Assembly (NCBI GenBank): GCA_049694795.1
Contig: JBAVRG010000452.1
Coordinates: 1 to 46,535 of the forward strand
Origin: Mycobacteriales bacterium
GTDB taxonomy: Bacteria; Actinomycetota; Actinomycetes; Mycobacteriales; SCTD01
Reading direction: 5' to 3'
DNA: 46,535 bases
Shown: piece after piece, positions 1-7,550 of the stretch
Layout of the letters: every line of letters begins with the position of its first letter
Numbering within the stretch: position 1 is the first letter of the stretch
Position numbers and translations under genes: made by a program
The notes under the pieces: model-generated
Database searches by the model: none
What the model saw: the letters and a program-made list of their open reading frames with translations, nothing else
Told to the model about the DNA's origin: nothing

Positions 1-343
1 GGCCGAGCCGGCCGTGCAGGCGCTGGAGCGCCGACTCGCGGCGTCGCCGTTCGCCGCTCCCGAGACGCCAGAGCTGCAGGAGCTCGGGCTCGGGCCGCGC
101 CAGGTCGCTGCGGCCGAGACCGCCGGCCGCCTGTTGCGGGTGGGTCCCGACGTGGTGCTGCTGCCGTCCGCACCGGCCCTCGCGATGCGGCTGCTGGTGG
201 GGCTGCCGCAGCCCTTCACGCTGTCCGCGGCACGGCAGGCCCTCGGCACGACGCGGCGGGTCGCCGTACCGCTGCTGGAGCTGCTGGACCGGCGGGGGTG
301 GACCAGGAGGGTGGACGGGACGTTGCGCCAGGTGACGCGCTGA
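1..343 (+). CDS. selB: Selenocysteine-specific elongation factor SelB, C-terminal winged-helix part (5' end cut by window edge)
   Basis: Frame open from window edge to TGA 341-343. The tail (..LGPRQVAAAETAGRLLRV..TLSAARQALGTTRRVAVPLLELLDRRGWTRRV) looks like the repeated winged-helix mRNA-binding C-terminus of SelB. Confidence 0.6.
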   Translation, partial: AEPAVQALERRLAASPFAAPETPELQELGLGPRQVAAAETAGRLLRVGPDVVLLPSAPALAMRLLVGLPQPFTLSAARQALGTTRRVAVPLLELLDRRGWTRRVDGTLRQVTR

Positions 344-389
344 GGTGCACCGGGGATAGGTTCGGGGCACCCGCAGCCCCCTCACCCCT

Positions 390-453
390 TGATCAACGGA
401 ATCAGAAGGGGTGTCTTGGGTGCCCCGCACGCCCCTTCCGGTTCCGTTGATCA
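390..453. terminator. Long imperfect hairpin between convergent selB and hypE (putative bidirectional terminator or structured element)
   Basis: Perfect 12-nt arms TGATCAACGGAA (390-401) and TTCCGTTGATCA (442-453). Pairing continues inward to 414/429, giving about 24 bp with one mismatch and two G-T pairs, and a 14-nt loop. Confidence 0.45.
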
Positions 454-469
454 CTGGTGGGGGGCGCCG

Positions 470-1552
470 TCAGCAGATGCGGGGCAGCGGATCGCCCACC
501 AGCATGTCGATCATCCGGTGGCCGCCGAACCCGGTCCGCCCCAGGACCCGGCCGGGCGGCTCGTCGCGCACCTCGCCGATGACCGCGGCCTCCGCCCCCG
601 CAGGGACCGAGCGCATCGCCTCGAGCGCAGCGTCCGCCTGCTCTGCGGCGACGAAGGCCACCAGCTTGCCCTCGTTGGCCATGTAGAGCGGGTCGATCCC
701 GAGGATCTCACCGGCTCCCATGACCTCCGGCCGCATCGGCACCCGGTCCTCCGCGATGACGACCCCGACCTCGGCGGCCAGCGCGATCTCGTTCAGCACG
801 GTCGCGACGCCGCCGCGGGTCGCGTCGCGCATGCAGTGCAGCCCCTCGCCGCAGGCGCTCATCAGCGCCGCCGCCAGGTCCCACAGCGGCCGGGTGTCGC
901 TGCGCACGTCGGCCTCCAGGTCGAGCTGCCCACGGGCCAGCAGGATCGCGACGCCGTGGTCGCCGATGGTGCCCGAGACGAGCACCTTGTCGCCGGGACG
1001 AACGAGCGCCGGAGCGAGCACCGCCGTGTCGAGCACCTGCCCGATTCCGGTCGTGACGACGTACATCTGGTCGCACTTGCCGCGCTCGACGACCTTGGTG
1101 TCCCCGGTGACGACGCTGACGCCGGCCGCGGTCGCGGCGGAGGCCATCGCGGCCACCTCGCGCTCGAGCACGTCGGCGGCCAGCCCCTCCTCGAGCACCA
1201 GGGCGCACGACAGCGCCAGCGGCCGGGCACCGGACACCGCGAGGTCGTTCACGGTGCCGTTGACGGCAAGCTCACCGATCGAGCCGCCGGGGAACGCCAG
1301 CGGTCGGACCACGAACGCGTCGGTCGTCATCGCCAGCCGCACCCCGGCGGCGGTGAGCAGCGCCGCGTCGGACAGCTGCGACAGCGCCGGGTTGTCCAGC
1401 AGCGGTACGACGAGACCCTCGACGAGGGCACGCGAGGCCTTCCCGCCGGCTCCGTGGGCCAGGGTGATGCGCTCGTCCTTGAAGCGCGGGCGCCGCCTGC
1501 GCATCGCCTCGATGCGCTCGCCGACCTCGTCCTCGGTGAACTGCCGGGGCAC
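470..1552 (-). CDS. hypE: Hydrogenase maturation protein HypE (carbamoyl dehydratase)
   Basis: 360 aa with an AIR-synthase-like fold signature (ITLAHGAGGKAS..) and the diagnostic C-terminal PRIC. GTG start lies 1 nt after the hypD stop. Confidence 0.95.
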   Translation of the reverse strand: MPRQFTEDEVGERIEAMRRRRPRFKDERITLAHGAGGKASRALVEGLVVPLLDNPALSQLSDAALLTAAGVRLAMTTDAFVVRPLAFPGGSIGELAVNGTVNDLAVSGARPLALSCALVLEEGLAADVLEREVAAMASAATAAGVSVVTGDTKVVERGKCDQMYVVTTGIGQVLDTAVLAPALVRPGDKVLVSGTIGDHGVAILLARGQLDLEADVRSDTRPLWDLAAALMSACGEGLHCMRDATRGGVATVLNEIALAAEVGVVIAEDRVPMRPEVMGAGEILGIDPLYMANEGKLVAFVAAEQADAALEAMRSVPAGAEAAVIGEVRDEPPGRVLGRTGFGGHRMIDMLVGDPLPRIC

Positions 1553-1553
1553 C

Positions 1554-2675
1554 TCACACCTCCAGGTGGAGACGCTGCTTCGCGTACTGCCCGTAGTTGT
1601 AGTAGGCCGCGCACGCGCCCTCGGACGACACCATGCACGTCCCGATGGGGGTCTCCGGCGTGCAGGCGGTGCCGAACACCTTGCACTCCCAGGGCTTGAG
1701 CACGCCCTTGAGGACCTCGCCGCACTGGCAGGACTTGGGGTCGGCGACCCGCACGTTCGGCAGCGCCCAGCGCTTCTCGGCGTCGAAGTCGGCGTAGGCC
1801 GGTGACAGCTGCAGCGCGGAGTGCGAGATGCTGCCGAGGCCTCGCCACTCGAAGAACGGGCGCAGTGCGAACACCTCCGCGAGCACCTTCAGCGCCACCG
1901 GGTTGCCGTCCCACGGGACGACGCGGGCGTACTGGTTCTCGACCTCCGAGCGGCCCTCCGCCAGCTGCTTCATGATCATGTAGACGGCCTGCAGCAGGTC
2001 GAGCGGCTCGAAGCCGCCGCACACCAGCGGCTTGCCGTGCGACCGGGCGATGAAGTCGTACGGCTTGCACCCGATGACCGTCGAGACGTGGCCGGGACCG
2101 ATGAAGGCGTCCAGGCGCAGGTCGGGGGAGTCGAGGATCGCCTTGATCGCCGGGATGATCGTGACGTGGTTGCAGAACACCGAGAAGTTCGTGATGCCGT
2201 CGGCCTTCGCGCGCTTGAGCGTGAGGGCCGTCGACGGCGCGGTCGTCTCGAAGCCGATGGCGTAGAAGACGACCTGGCGCTCGGGGTTCTCCTTGGCGAT
2301 CCGGAGCGCGTCGAGGGGTGAGTAGACCATCCGGATGTCCGTGCCCCGGGCGTTCGCCTCGAGGAACGACCCGCGACCGCCCGGCACCCGCATCATGTCG
2401 CCGAAGCAGGTGAGGATCACGTCGTCCTGCTCAGCGAGGGCGATGCCGTCGTCCACCCGCCCCATCGGGATGACGCACACCGGGCACCCGGGGCCGTGCA
2501 CCAGCTCCACGGTGTCCGGCAGGTGGTCCTGGACGCCGTACCGGTAGATGGTGTGCGTGTGGCCGCCGCACACCTCCATGATCTTGTAGTGCCGGCCGGG
2601 CTCGCACAGCAGCGCGATCTCGCGGCCGAGCGCCTGCGCCAGCTCCGGGTCGCGGAACTCGTCGACGAACCTCAT
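1554..2675 (-). CDS. hypD: Hydrogenase maturation protein HypD
   Basis: 373 aa with MRFVDEFRD.. N-terminus, MEVCGGHTH, GPGCPVCV and the C-terminal Cys-rich FeS motif. ATGA overlap with the upstream hypC paralogue. Confidence 0.95.
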   Translation of the reverse strand: MRFVDEFRDPELAQALGREIALLCEPGRHYKIMEVCGGHTHTIYRYGVQDHLPDTVELVHGPGCPVCVIPMGRVDDGIALAEQDDVILTCFGDMMRVPGGRGSFLEANARGTDIRMVYSPLDALRIAKENPERQVVFYAIGFETTAPSTALTLKRAKADGITNFSVFCNHVTIIPAIKAILDSPDLRLDAFIGPGHVSTVIGCKPYDFIARSHGKPLVCGGFEPLDLLQAVYMIMKQLAEGRSEVENQYARVVPWDGNPVALKVLAEVFALRPFFEWRGLGSISHSALQLSPAYADFDAEKRWALPNVRVADPKSCQCGEVLKGVLKPWECKVFGTACTPETPIGTCMVSSEGACAAYYNYGQYAKQRLHLEV

Positions 2676-2881
2676 GACAGCCTCTCCAGTGCGACTCCGG
2701 CGTGGACGAGGAGCACCTCACCAGGCCGGGAGCCCCCCACGAGCTCGAGCGCGACGAGCTCCTCCCGACCCGATGGGTCCTGACAGCGGGCGTCGGTCCC
2801 GAGGACCTCCACGACCGTCAGGGCGAGCGCGACGTCGCCGCAGGTGATGCAGCTCCCGGAGGCGTCGCAGCTGCTGCTCAC
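2672..2881 (-). CDS. HypC/HupF-family chaperone paralogue with Cys-rich N-terminal extension
   Basis: 69 aa. HypC-like OB-fold core (..VALALTVVEVLG..LVALELVGG..GEVLLVHAGVALERL) is preceded by MSSSCDASGSCITCGD. GTGA overlap with the hypC stop and ATGA overlap with the hypD start. Confidence 0.75.
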   Translation of the reverse strand: MSSSCDASGSCITCGDVALALTVVEVLGTDARCQDPSGREELVALELVGGSRPGEVLLVHAGVALERLS

Positions 2882-3153
2882 TCGATGCTCGACTCTGCGA
2901 CGGCAGCCAGCTCGTCGGTGAAGCTCTGGCCCATCATCTCCAGCATCGACAGGGCTTCTGCGGCCTCCTTCTCGTCGATCCTCGACATCGCGAAGCCGAC
3001 GTGGATGAGGACCCAGTCGCCCACCTCGAGCGTCGTGTCCTCCAGCAGCCCGACGTTGATCTTGCGCTTGACGCCGACGACGTCGACGAGCGCGAGCTGG
3101 TCGAACGTGCCCTCGACGAAGGACACCACCTCACCGGGGATCGCGAGGCACAT
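2878..3153 (-). CDS. hypC: Hydrogenase assembly chaperone HypC/HupF
   Basis: Start re-set to the ATG giving the obligatory N-terminal MCLAIPG. GGAGGGAG lies 5-6 nt upstream, and the ORF-track ATG at 3168 sits inside that RBS. Product is 91 aa. Confidence 0.9.
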   Translation of the reverse strand: MCLAIPGEVVSFVEGTFDQLALVDVVGVKRKINVGLLEDTTLEVGDWVLIHVGFAMSRIDEKEAAEALSMLEMMGQSFTDELAAVAESSIE

Positions 3154-3154
3154 G

Positions 3155-3541
3155 TCAGCTCCCTCCATGGGTGTGCGCGGCCACCGGCTCGCCGGCGCCC
3201 TCGCGGCCGTCGACGTACTCGAGCCACTCGAGCACCACCTCGTCGCCGCCGGTCACGACGACCTCGAGCGAGCCGCAGCGGGGGCAGGCCGAGCCAGGGT
3301 CGGACGTCGTGAAGTCCTCGCTGCAGTCCCAGCAGTGCCCCTGCGCCGGGACGACGGTCAGCTCCGTCAGGGCCTGCTCGGCGACCCCGCCCACAGCGGC
3401 GAGCGCGAAGGAGTGGGCGAACGCTGCCGCCACCACGCGGTGCACGCAGCCGATGCGGACCCCGACGCGTGCCACCCGACGGCCGTGGGCGCGGCGCTCC
3501 ACCGCCTCGAGGGCGGCCTCGGCGTAGCTGAGCTCGTGCAC
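3155..3541 (-). CDS. hypA: Hydrogenase nickel incorporation protein HypA
   Basis: 128 aa with the N-terminal MHE nickel motif and CWDC...CPRC zinc site. GTG start shares 1 nt with the stop of the upstream microprotein. Confidence 0.9.
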   Translation of the reverse strand: MHELSYAEAALEAVERRAHGRRVARVGVRIGCVHRVVAAAFAHSFALAAVGGVAEQALTELTVVPAQGHCWDCSEDFTTSDPGSACPRCGSLEVVVTGGDEVVLEWLEYVDGREGAGEPVAAHTHGGS

Positions 3542-3660
3542 TACATCGACCGGATCCGCAGGTAGCGCTTGATGTCGGGGATGGACCGGACACCGACGAG
3601 GGCGCCGATGCCGGCGGCGATGGCGGCGGCGGTGACGGTGATGATGCCGATGACTCTCAT
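3541..3660 (-). CDS. 39-aa single-pass membrane microprotein (not in ORF track)
   Basis: My translation is MRVIGIITVTAAAIAAGIGALVGVRSIPDIKRYLRIRSM*. Third positions are almost all G/C. GAGGAAGGG lies about 8 nt upstream of the ATG at 3660. The gene fills exactly the gap between the protease stop (3663) and the hypA start (3541). Confidence 0.75.
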   Translation of the reverse strand: MRVIGIITVTAAAIAAGIGALVGVRSIPDIKRYLRIRSM

Positions 3661-3662
3661 GG

Positions 3663-4139
3663 TCAGCCCTTCCTCACAGGGACACCCAGCTCGGAGGTGA
3701 GCAGGGCAAGGACGGCGTCGACGGCGCGCGGGACGGCGTCCGCGACGGGCTCCGACAGGCCGATGTGCTCCTCGAGGTTGCCGGGCTCGCAGCCGACGAC
3801 GAAGGTGCGCGGCAGGTGGCCGCCGAGCTGCCCCAGGCCGGCGAGGACGTCGGTCGGCGTCATGCCGTGCGCGTCCAGCGCTGCCGTGCCGACGTCGTCC
3901 GGCCCGACCTCGAGCACGTGGATGTCACCGGGGCTCCCGTTGCGCGGGAGCGCGTCCACCAGCACGAGCCCGTCGTAGCCGGCCAGCAGGTCGTAGGCGA
4001 GGTGCATGCCGCGGATCCCGTAGTCGACGACCGTGACGTCGGGCGGGAGCATCACCTGCCCCAGCTCGCGGGCCACCTCCGAGCCGAAGCCGTCGTCCCC
4101 CAGGAAGACGTTGCCGATGCCGGCCACGAGGACGGTCAT
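3663..4139 (-). CDS. hupD: [NiFe]-hydrogenase maturation endopeptidase (HupD/HyaD/HybD family)
   Basis: Start re-set to MTVLVAGIGNVFLGDDGFG, the canonical protease N-terminus, with an ATGA overlap at 4136-4139. Product is 158 aa. Confidence 0.9.
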   Translation of the reverse strand: MTVLVAGIGNVFLGDDGFGSEVARELGQVMLPPDVTVVDYGIRGMHLAYDLLAGYDGLVLVDALPRNGSPGDIHVLEVGPDDVGTAALDAHGMTPTDVLAGLGQLGGHLPRTFVVGCEPGNLEEHIGLSEPVADAVPRAVDAVLALLTSELGVPVRKG

Positions 4140-5422
4140 GGCAGCGGCTCGATCTCGTCGGGCCGGAAGTAGCTGAACCGGCCGTACCACTCGTGCAGGT
4201 CGCTCGCCGGGTCGTCGTCCACCGTGACGGCGACGTGGGTGCCCCCGTCGACGTCGCTCAGCACGCTCGTGACGGTGGCGGTCAGCCCGGTGAGGAACAT
4301 GTCCTGGGCGTCACCGCCGGCCCGCGGCCGCAGCCGCACCCGCGAGCCCCTCGCCACCGGCACGCCGTCGACGAGGACGCTGTCGGTCTCGGGGGAGACC
4401 GACGCGTCCTGGCCCGGATCCCACCAGGGGACGTCCTGGGGCGCCCCGCCGGGCAGGTCGCGCAGGGCCCCGTGCAGCCGGGCCATGACCTCAGGCGGCA
4501 GGCCGTCGCAGCGGTCGATGATGGCGGCCGCGCGCGCGTCGGTGCCCCTGGCCGCGACCTTCTCCTCGTCGGTGAGGGTCATGACGCGCAGGGTGAGGAT
4601 CTCGTCGATCTCGGTCGCGTCGAAGAGGTCACCGGCGCTCTCCGGGGCGATCGCCGGGTGGTCCGGCAGGATGATCGGCGAGACCAGTACGGCGTCCTGC
4701 CCGTCGTCGTCGGCGACGAGGACCGGCCAGCAGCGCTCGTTGACGCAGCCGTGGCCCGGGGTCTCCGTGAGGGACAGCGGCCGGCCGCCTCGCACGGTGA
4801 GCAGCAGGTGGGTGCCGACGAAGGACGCGCGCGCGGTGGTGTCCCGGCGGGCGGTGCCGTCCCAGGGCGTGAGGTTCTCGACCCGGACGTGCAGCACGGC
4901 CTGGCGGTCGGCCGCCGGCCGCGAGGAGAGGCTGAGCAGGCCGGAGAGGGGCTGACGGGTGCGGACGAGCCGACCGACGACGGTGCCGTCATGGTGCACC
5001 TGCTCGTGCTCCACGCCGCCGGGGACGTCGACCGGCACGGTCACGCCCTCGGCCAAGGCGCGCAGCGAGGTCCCGAGCACCTGCAGCTCCTGCTCCGTGG
5101 CCTCCTGCCAGGGGATCCAGCAGGTGTGCCCGACCCGCAGCTCCGGGACCGGCACGCCGTCGACCTCGACGGTGCGCTCCAGGACCTGCAGGAAGCGCAG
5201 GTGCACGTCGAGCTGCAGCTCCTGCGTCGCCGCGAGCTCCACGAGGCACTCGGCCTGCATCGCGGGTTGCTCGCCCGCACCACTGGCCTGCGCGCCGGGC
5301 GGCCCCAGGATGCCGAACTGCCAGCGGACCTGGTTCTTGGGCGAGCTGGCGCGGTAGGGGTAGAGCAGGTAGCCCTCGTAGAGCACGGCGTCGGCGACCG
5401 CCCGGGCGGCGGTGAGCGTCAT
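4136..5422 (-). CDS. Hydrogenase-operon protein of unknown function (428 aa)
   Basis: Start re-set to MTLTAARAV.. via the ATGA overlap at 5419-5422. High GC3. No motif I can assign, no signal peptide and no TM helix. Confidence 0.8.
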   Translation of the reverse strand: MTLTAARAVADAVLYEGYLLYPYRASSPKNQVRWQFGILGPPGAQASGAGEQPAMQAECLVELAATQELQLDVHLRFLQVLERTVEVDGVPVPELRVGHTCWIPWQEATEQELQVLGTSLRALAEGVTVPVDVPGGVEHEQVHHDGTVVGRLVRTRQPLSGLLSLSSRPAADRQAVLHVRVENLTPWDGTARRDTTARASFVGTHLLLTVRGGRPLSLTETPGHGCVNERCWPVLVADDDGQDAVLVSPIILPDHPAIAPESAGDLFDATEIDEILTLRVMTLTDEEKVAARGTDARAAAIIDRCDGLPPEVMARLHGALRDLPGGAPQDVPWWDPGQDASVSPETDSVLVDGVPVARGSRVRLRPRAGGDAQDMFLTGLTATVTSVLSDVDGGTHVAVTVDDDPASDLHEWYGRFSYFRPDEIEPLP

Positions 5423-6060
5423 GGGCTGGCCACCTCCTGCCCCTCGAGCAGCGCGGTGACGGTCTGCTCCCAGCTGGTGAGCCCACGCGCGGACCGGTAG
5501 CGCACCAGCGCGTCCAGGGCCTCGCGGTCCAGCCGGATCCAGCCGCTGCCCGGGAACCACTGGTCCATGAGCGCGCCCCACGTGGCCACGGGCATCCGGC
5601 AGGAGGCCTGCAGCGACCACGGCAGCTGCTCGACCGCGAAGCCGGTGCTGCCGCGCGTGAAGACGGTGCCGCCGAACAGCAGCTCCAGCGGGACCTCGCC
5701 CTCGCGCAGCGCCTGGAGGTACTTGGAGGCGGTGACCTCGAAGTCGTAGGTGCAGGCCACCGGCAGGTCCACCTCCTGGACGCCCTGGAAGCCCTGCACC
5801 AGCGTGGAGGCGTGCGCCCACAGGAACGGCTTGAGCGTCTGGAACCACCGCTCGGAGCCCCCGAACAGGTCCACCAGGCCGGCCCGCTCGTCGTCGCCGT
5901 ACGGGCGTCGCTGGGGGTGCACCATGACCTGCGCGCGCAGCGCCAGGGCGTGCACGACGGCGCCGGAGGTCTCGCTGAGCCGGAGCCGGAACAGCAGGTG
6001 CGGCGCGACGGCGAAGGGCTCGGGCAGCACGTCCAGCACCTCGATCGACAGGTTCGTCAT
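5419..6060 (-). CDS. Hydrogenase-operon protein of unknown function (213 aa)
   Basis: Start re-set to MTNLSIEVLDV.. via the ATGA overlap at 6057-6060. High GC3 and no recognisable motif. Confidence 0.8.
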   Translation of the reverse strand: MTNLSIEVLDVLPEPFAVAPHLLFRLRLSETSGAVVHALALRAQVMVHPQRRPYGDDERAGLVDLFGGSERWFQTLKPFLWAHASTLVQGFQGVQEVDLPVACTYDFEVTASKYLQALREGEVPLELLFGGTVFTRGSTGFAVEQLPWSLQASCRMPVATWGALMDQWFPGSGWIRLDREALDALVRYRSARGLTSWEQTVTALLEGQEVASP

Positions 6061-6674
6061 GGCGCCGGCCTCGCCCGTGCGCGGACGTCGGCGAAGAAGG
6101 CGTCGAGCCGGCGGTGCACGTCCTGGCCGCCGTCGAAGCCGCGCCAGAGCCGGCGCAGGTGCCCGACCAGCTCGTAGCAGGCGTCGATCGGCACGAGGAA
6201 GCACTCGGCGGAGCTGTCGGTCGCCCGCAGCAGGAGGGCCTCGACGTCCGGCCTCAAGGTGGCCAGTGCGGGGTGACGGGCGGCGACCCGGTCCCAGCTG
6301 TCGAGCGGCAGCTCCGACTCGGTGGCCCCTGCCGGGCTCGGGTAGAAGGCGACGACCCGTTCGAGGCCGGAGTGCGCGAACAGGAACACCGTCGACACCG
6401 GCACCTGCAGCTCGTCCCACTCCCCGGGAGCGAGCTCGACGTCCGGGAACGACAGGTAGCGGTCCGGAACGGCGCGGTAGGCGAGCGCCGCGTCGTCGTG
6501 CGTGAAGAGCAGGTAGCACGGGCGGCAGCTGCACAGCAGCGCCCGGCTGCCCACGTTGACGACGTGCTGGTGCTGCTCGGCGATCCGCTCACCGCACAGG
6601 TCGCAGCGCTCGCCGGGGTCAGCCTGCGGTCGCGCCGCCGCGAGGCGGGCCAGGACCGACAGGCCGGCGCTCAT
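6057..6674 (-). CDS. Hydrogenase-operon Cys-motif protein of unknown function (205 aa)
   Basis: ATGA overlaps at both ends. Carries CDLCGE...LLCSCRPCYLLF, i.e. CxxC plus CxCxxC. Confidence 0.8.
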   Translation of the reverse strand: MSAGLSVLARLAAARPQADPGERCDLCGERIAEQHQHVVNVGSRALLCSCRPCYLLFTHDDAALAYRAVPDRYLSFPDVELAPGEWDELQVPVSTVFLFAHSGLERVVAFYPSPAGATESELPLDSWDRVAARHPALATLRPDVEALLLRATDSSAECFLVPIDACYELVGHLRRLWRGFDGGQDVHRRLDAFFADVRARARPAP

Positions 6675-7543
6675 GCCAGCGCCGGGCTGGGCACAGCGAC
6701 CTCGACCCGCCCGTCCCGCACGAGCAGGGGGAGCGGCTCAAGGTGCTCGCCGGGGTGGTCGGTGGAGGTCCCCGCCCGCCGCACGTCGTAGTGCGCGCGA
6801 CAGGCCGGGCAGGTCAGCACCGGCTCGCGGCCGCCGACGGTGCGCTCGACCGCGGCCCCGTCCAAGGGGGCGGTGCAGTGCGGGCACTGCGGCCTGAAGG
6901 CGTAGAGGTCCGCGCCGATCCGGGTGGCGACCAGGGTGAGGTCACCGGCCTGCACCGCAGCGGCACGGCCCACCGGGACGTCCTCCGGGGCGCCGACGGG
7001 CTGCCAACGCGCCGGCAGGCGGGCGGTGAGCGCCGCGACGGGGATGACCGCGGGGCCGGCCGGCGCCTCCTCCAGCTCGATGGCCAGGACCTCCGGTGCG
7101 GCGTCGCGGATCGCGCTCTCGACAGCCAGGGTCAGGGTCACCGACGACGACGGGCAGCCGTCGCAGCTGCCCGTCATCCGCAGCAGGGCCACCCCCTCGT
7201 CGGTGACGCCCACGAGGTGCACGTCACCGCCGTGCGACCCGAGGTAGGGACGGACCGCGGCCAGCGCCCTCTCGACGCGCTCCTGGACCGACCACGGGTG
7301 CAGCCCGTGCACCAGCAGCAGGCTCGCCACCAGCTCGTCGCCGGCGAGGTCGTCCAGCAGCTGCTCGGTCAGGGCGCCGCGCTCGTAGGCGAGGTCGAGC
7401 ATCCGCTCGAGCCCTGCGCCGTAGAGGTCGACGACGAGCCGGACCAGCTCCTCGGCCCGCTCCCGGGCCACCGGGCCGCCGGTGGCGCTGGCCTCCAGCA
7501 GCTGCTCGATGCGCTCGCCCGTCGCGCGCGGGTCGGCCGTCAC
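6671..7543 (-). CDS. hhyE: NifU-like plus Rieske-like iron-sulfur protein (HhyE/HucE-type)
   Basis: 290 aa. The central NifU C-terminal domain motif is GGDVHLVGV..LRMTGSCDGCPSS. The C-terminal part has CPH..(25)..CRAH, a Rieske-like CxH / CxxH pair within CPHC / CPAC. It lies immediately downstream of the large subunit. Confidence 0.8.
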   Translation of the reverse strand: MTADPRATGERIEQLLEASATGGPVARERAEELVRLVVDLYGAGLERMLDLAYERGALTEQLLDDLAGDELVASLLLVHGLHPWSVQERVERALAAVRPYLGSHGGDVHLVGVTDEGVALLRMTGSCDGCPSSSVTLTLAVESAIRDAAPEVLAIELEEAPAGPAVIPVAALTARLPARWQPVGAPEDVPVGRAAAVQAGDLTLVATRIGADLYAFRPQCPHCTAPLDGAAVERTVGGREPVLTCPACRAHYDVRRAGTSTDHPGEHLEPLPLLVRDGRVEVAVPSPALA

Positions 7544-7550
7544 ACCGTGC

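Noticed and set aside
389-1699. Long plus-strand ORFs (389..1699, 720..1805) overlapping hypE. The same class recurs elsewhere: 7482..9440 opposite hhyL, 10567..13113 opposite hypF, 16774..18861 opposite nasA, 20669..22627 opposite nirB, and 26081..28246 spanning several genes.
   Set aside because: These are antisense or alternate-frame shadow ORFs, which are expected in very high-GC DNA. Their translations are Arg/Ala/Pro/Gly-rich low-complexity strings with no motifs. The opposite-strand or other-frame products have unmistakable family signatures.
5423-5848. N-terminal extensions of listed ORFs (4136..5848, 5419..6534, 3663..4190, 9412..10527, 15539..16867, 30380..32353, 31804..33138, 32496..33734, 35128..36471, 36282..38030).
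   Set aside because: The extensions overlap the preceding real gene in another frame and are low-complexity. They also precede canonical family N-termini that coincide with ATGA/GTGA overlaps or good RBSs, so I used the shorter starts.
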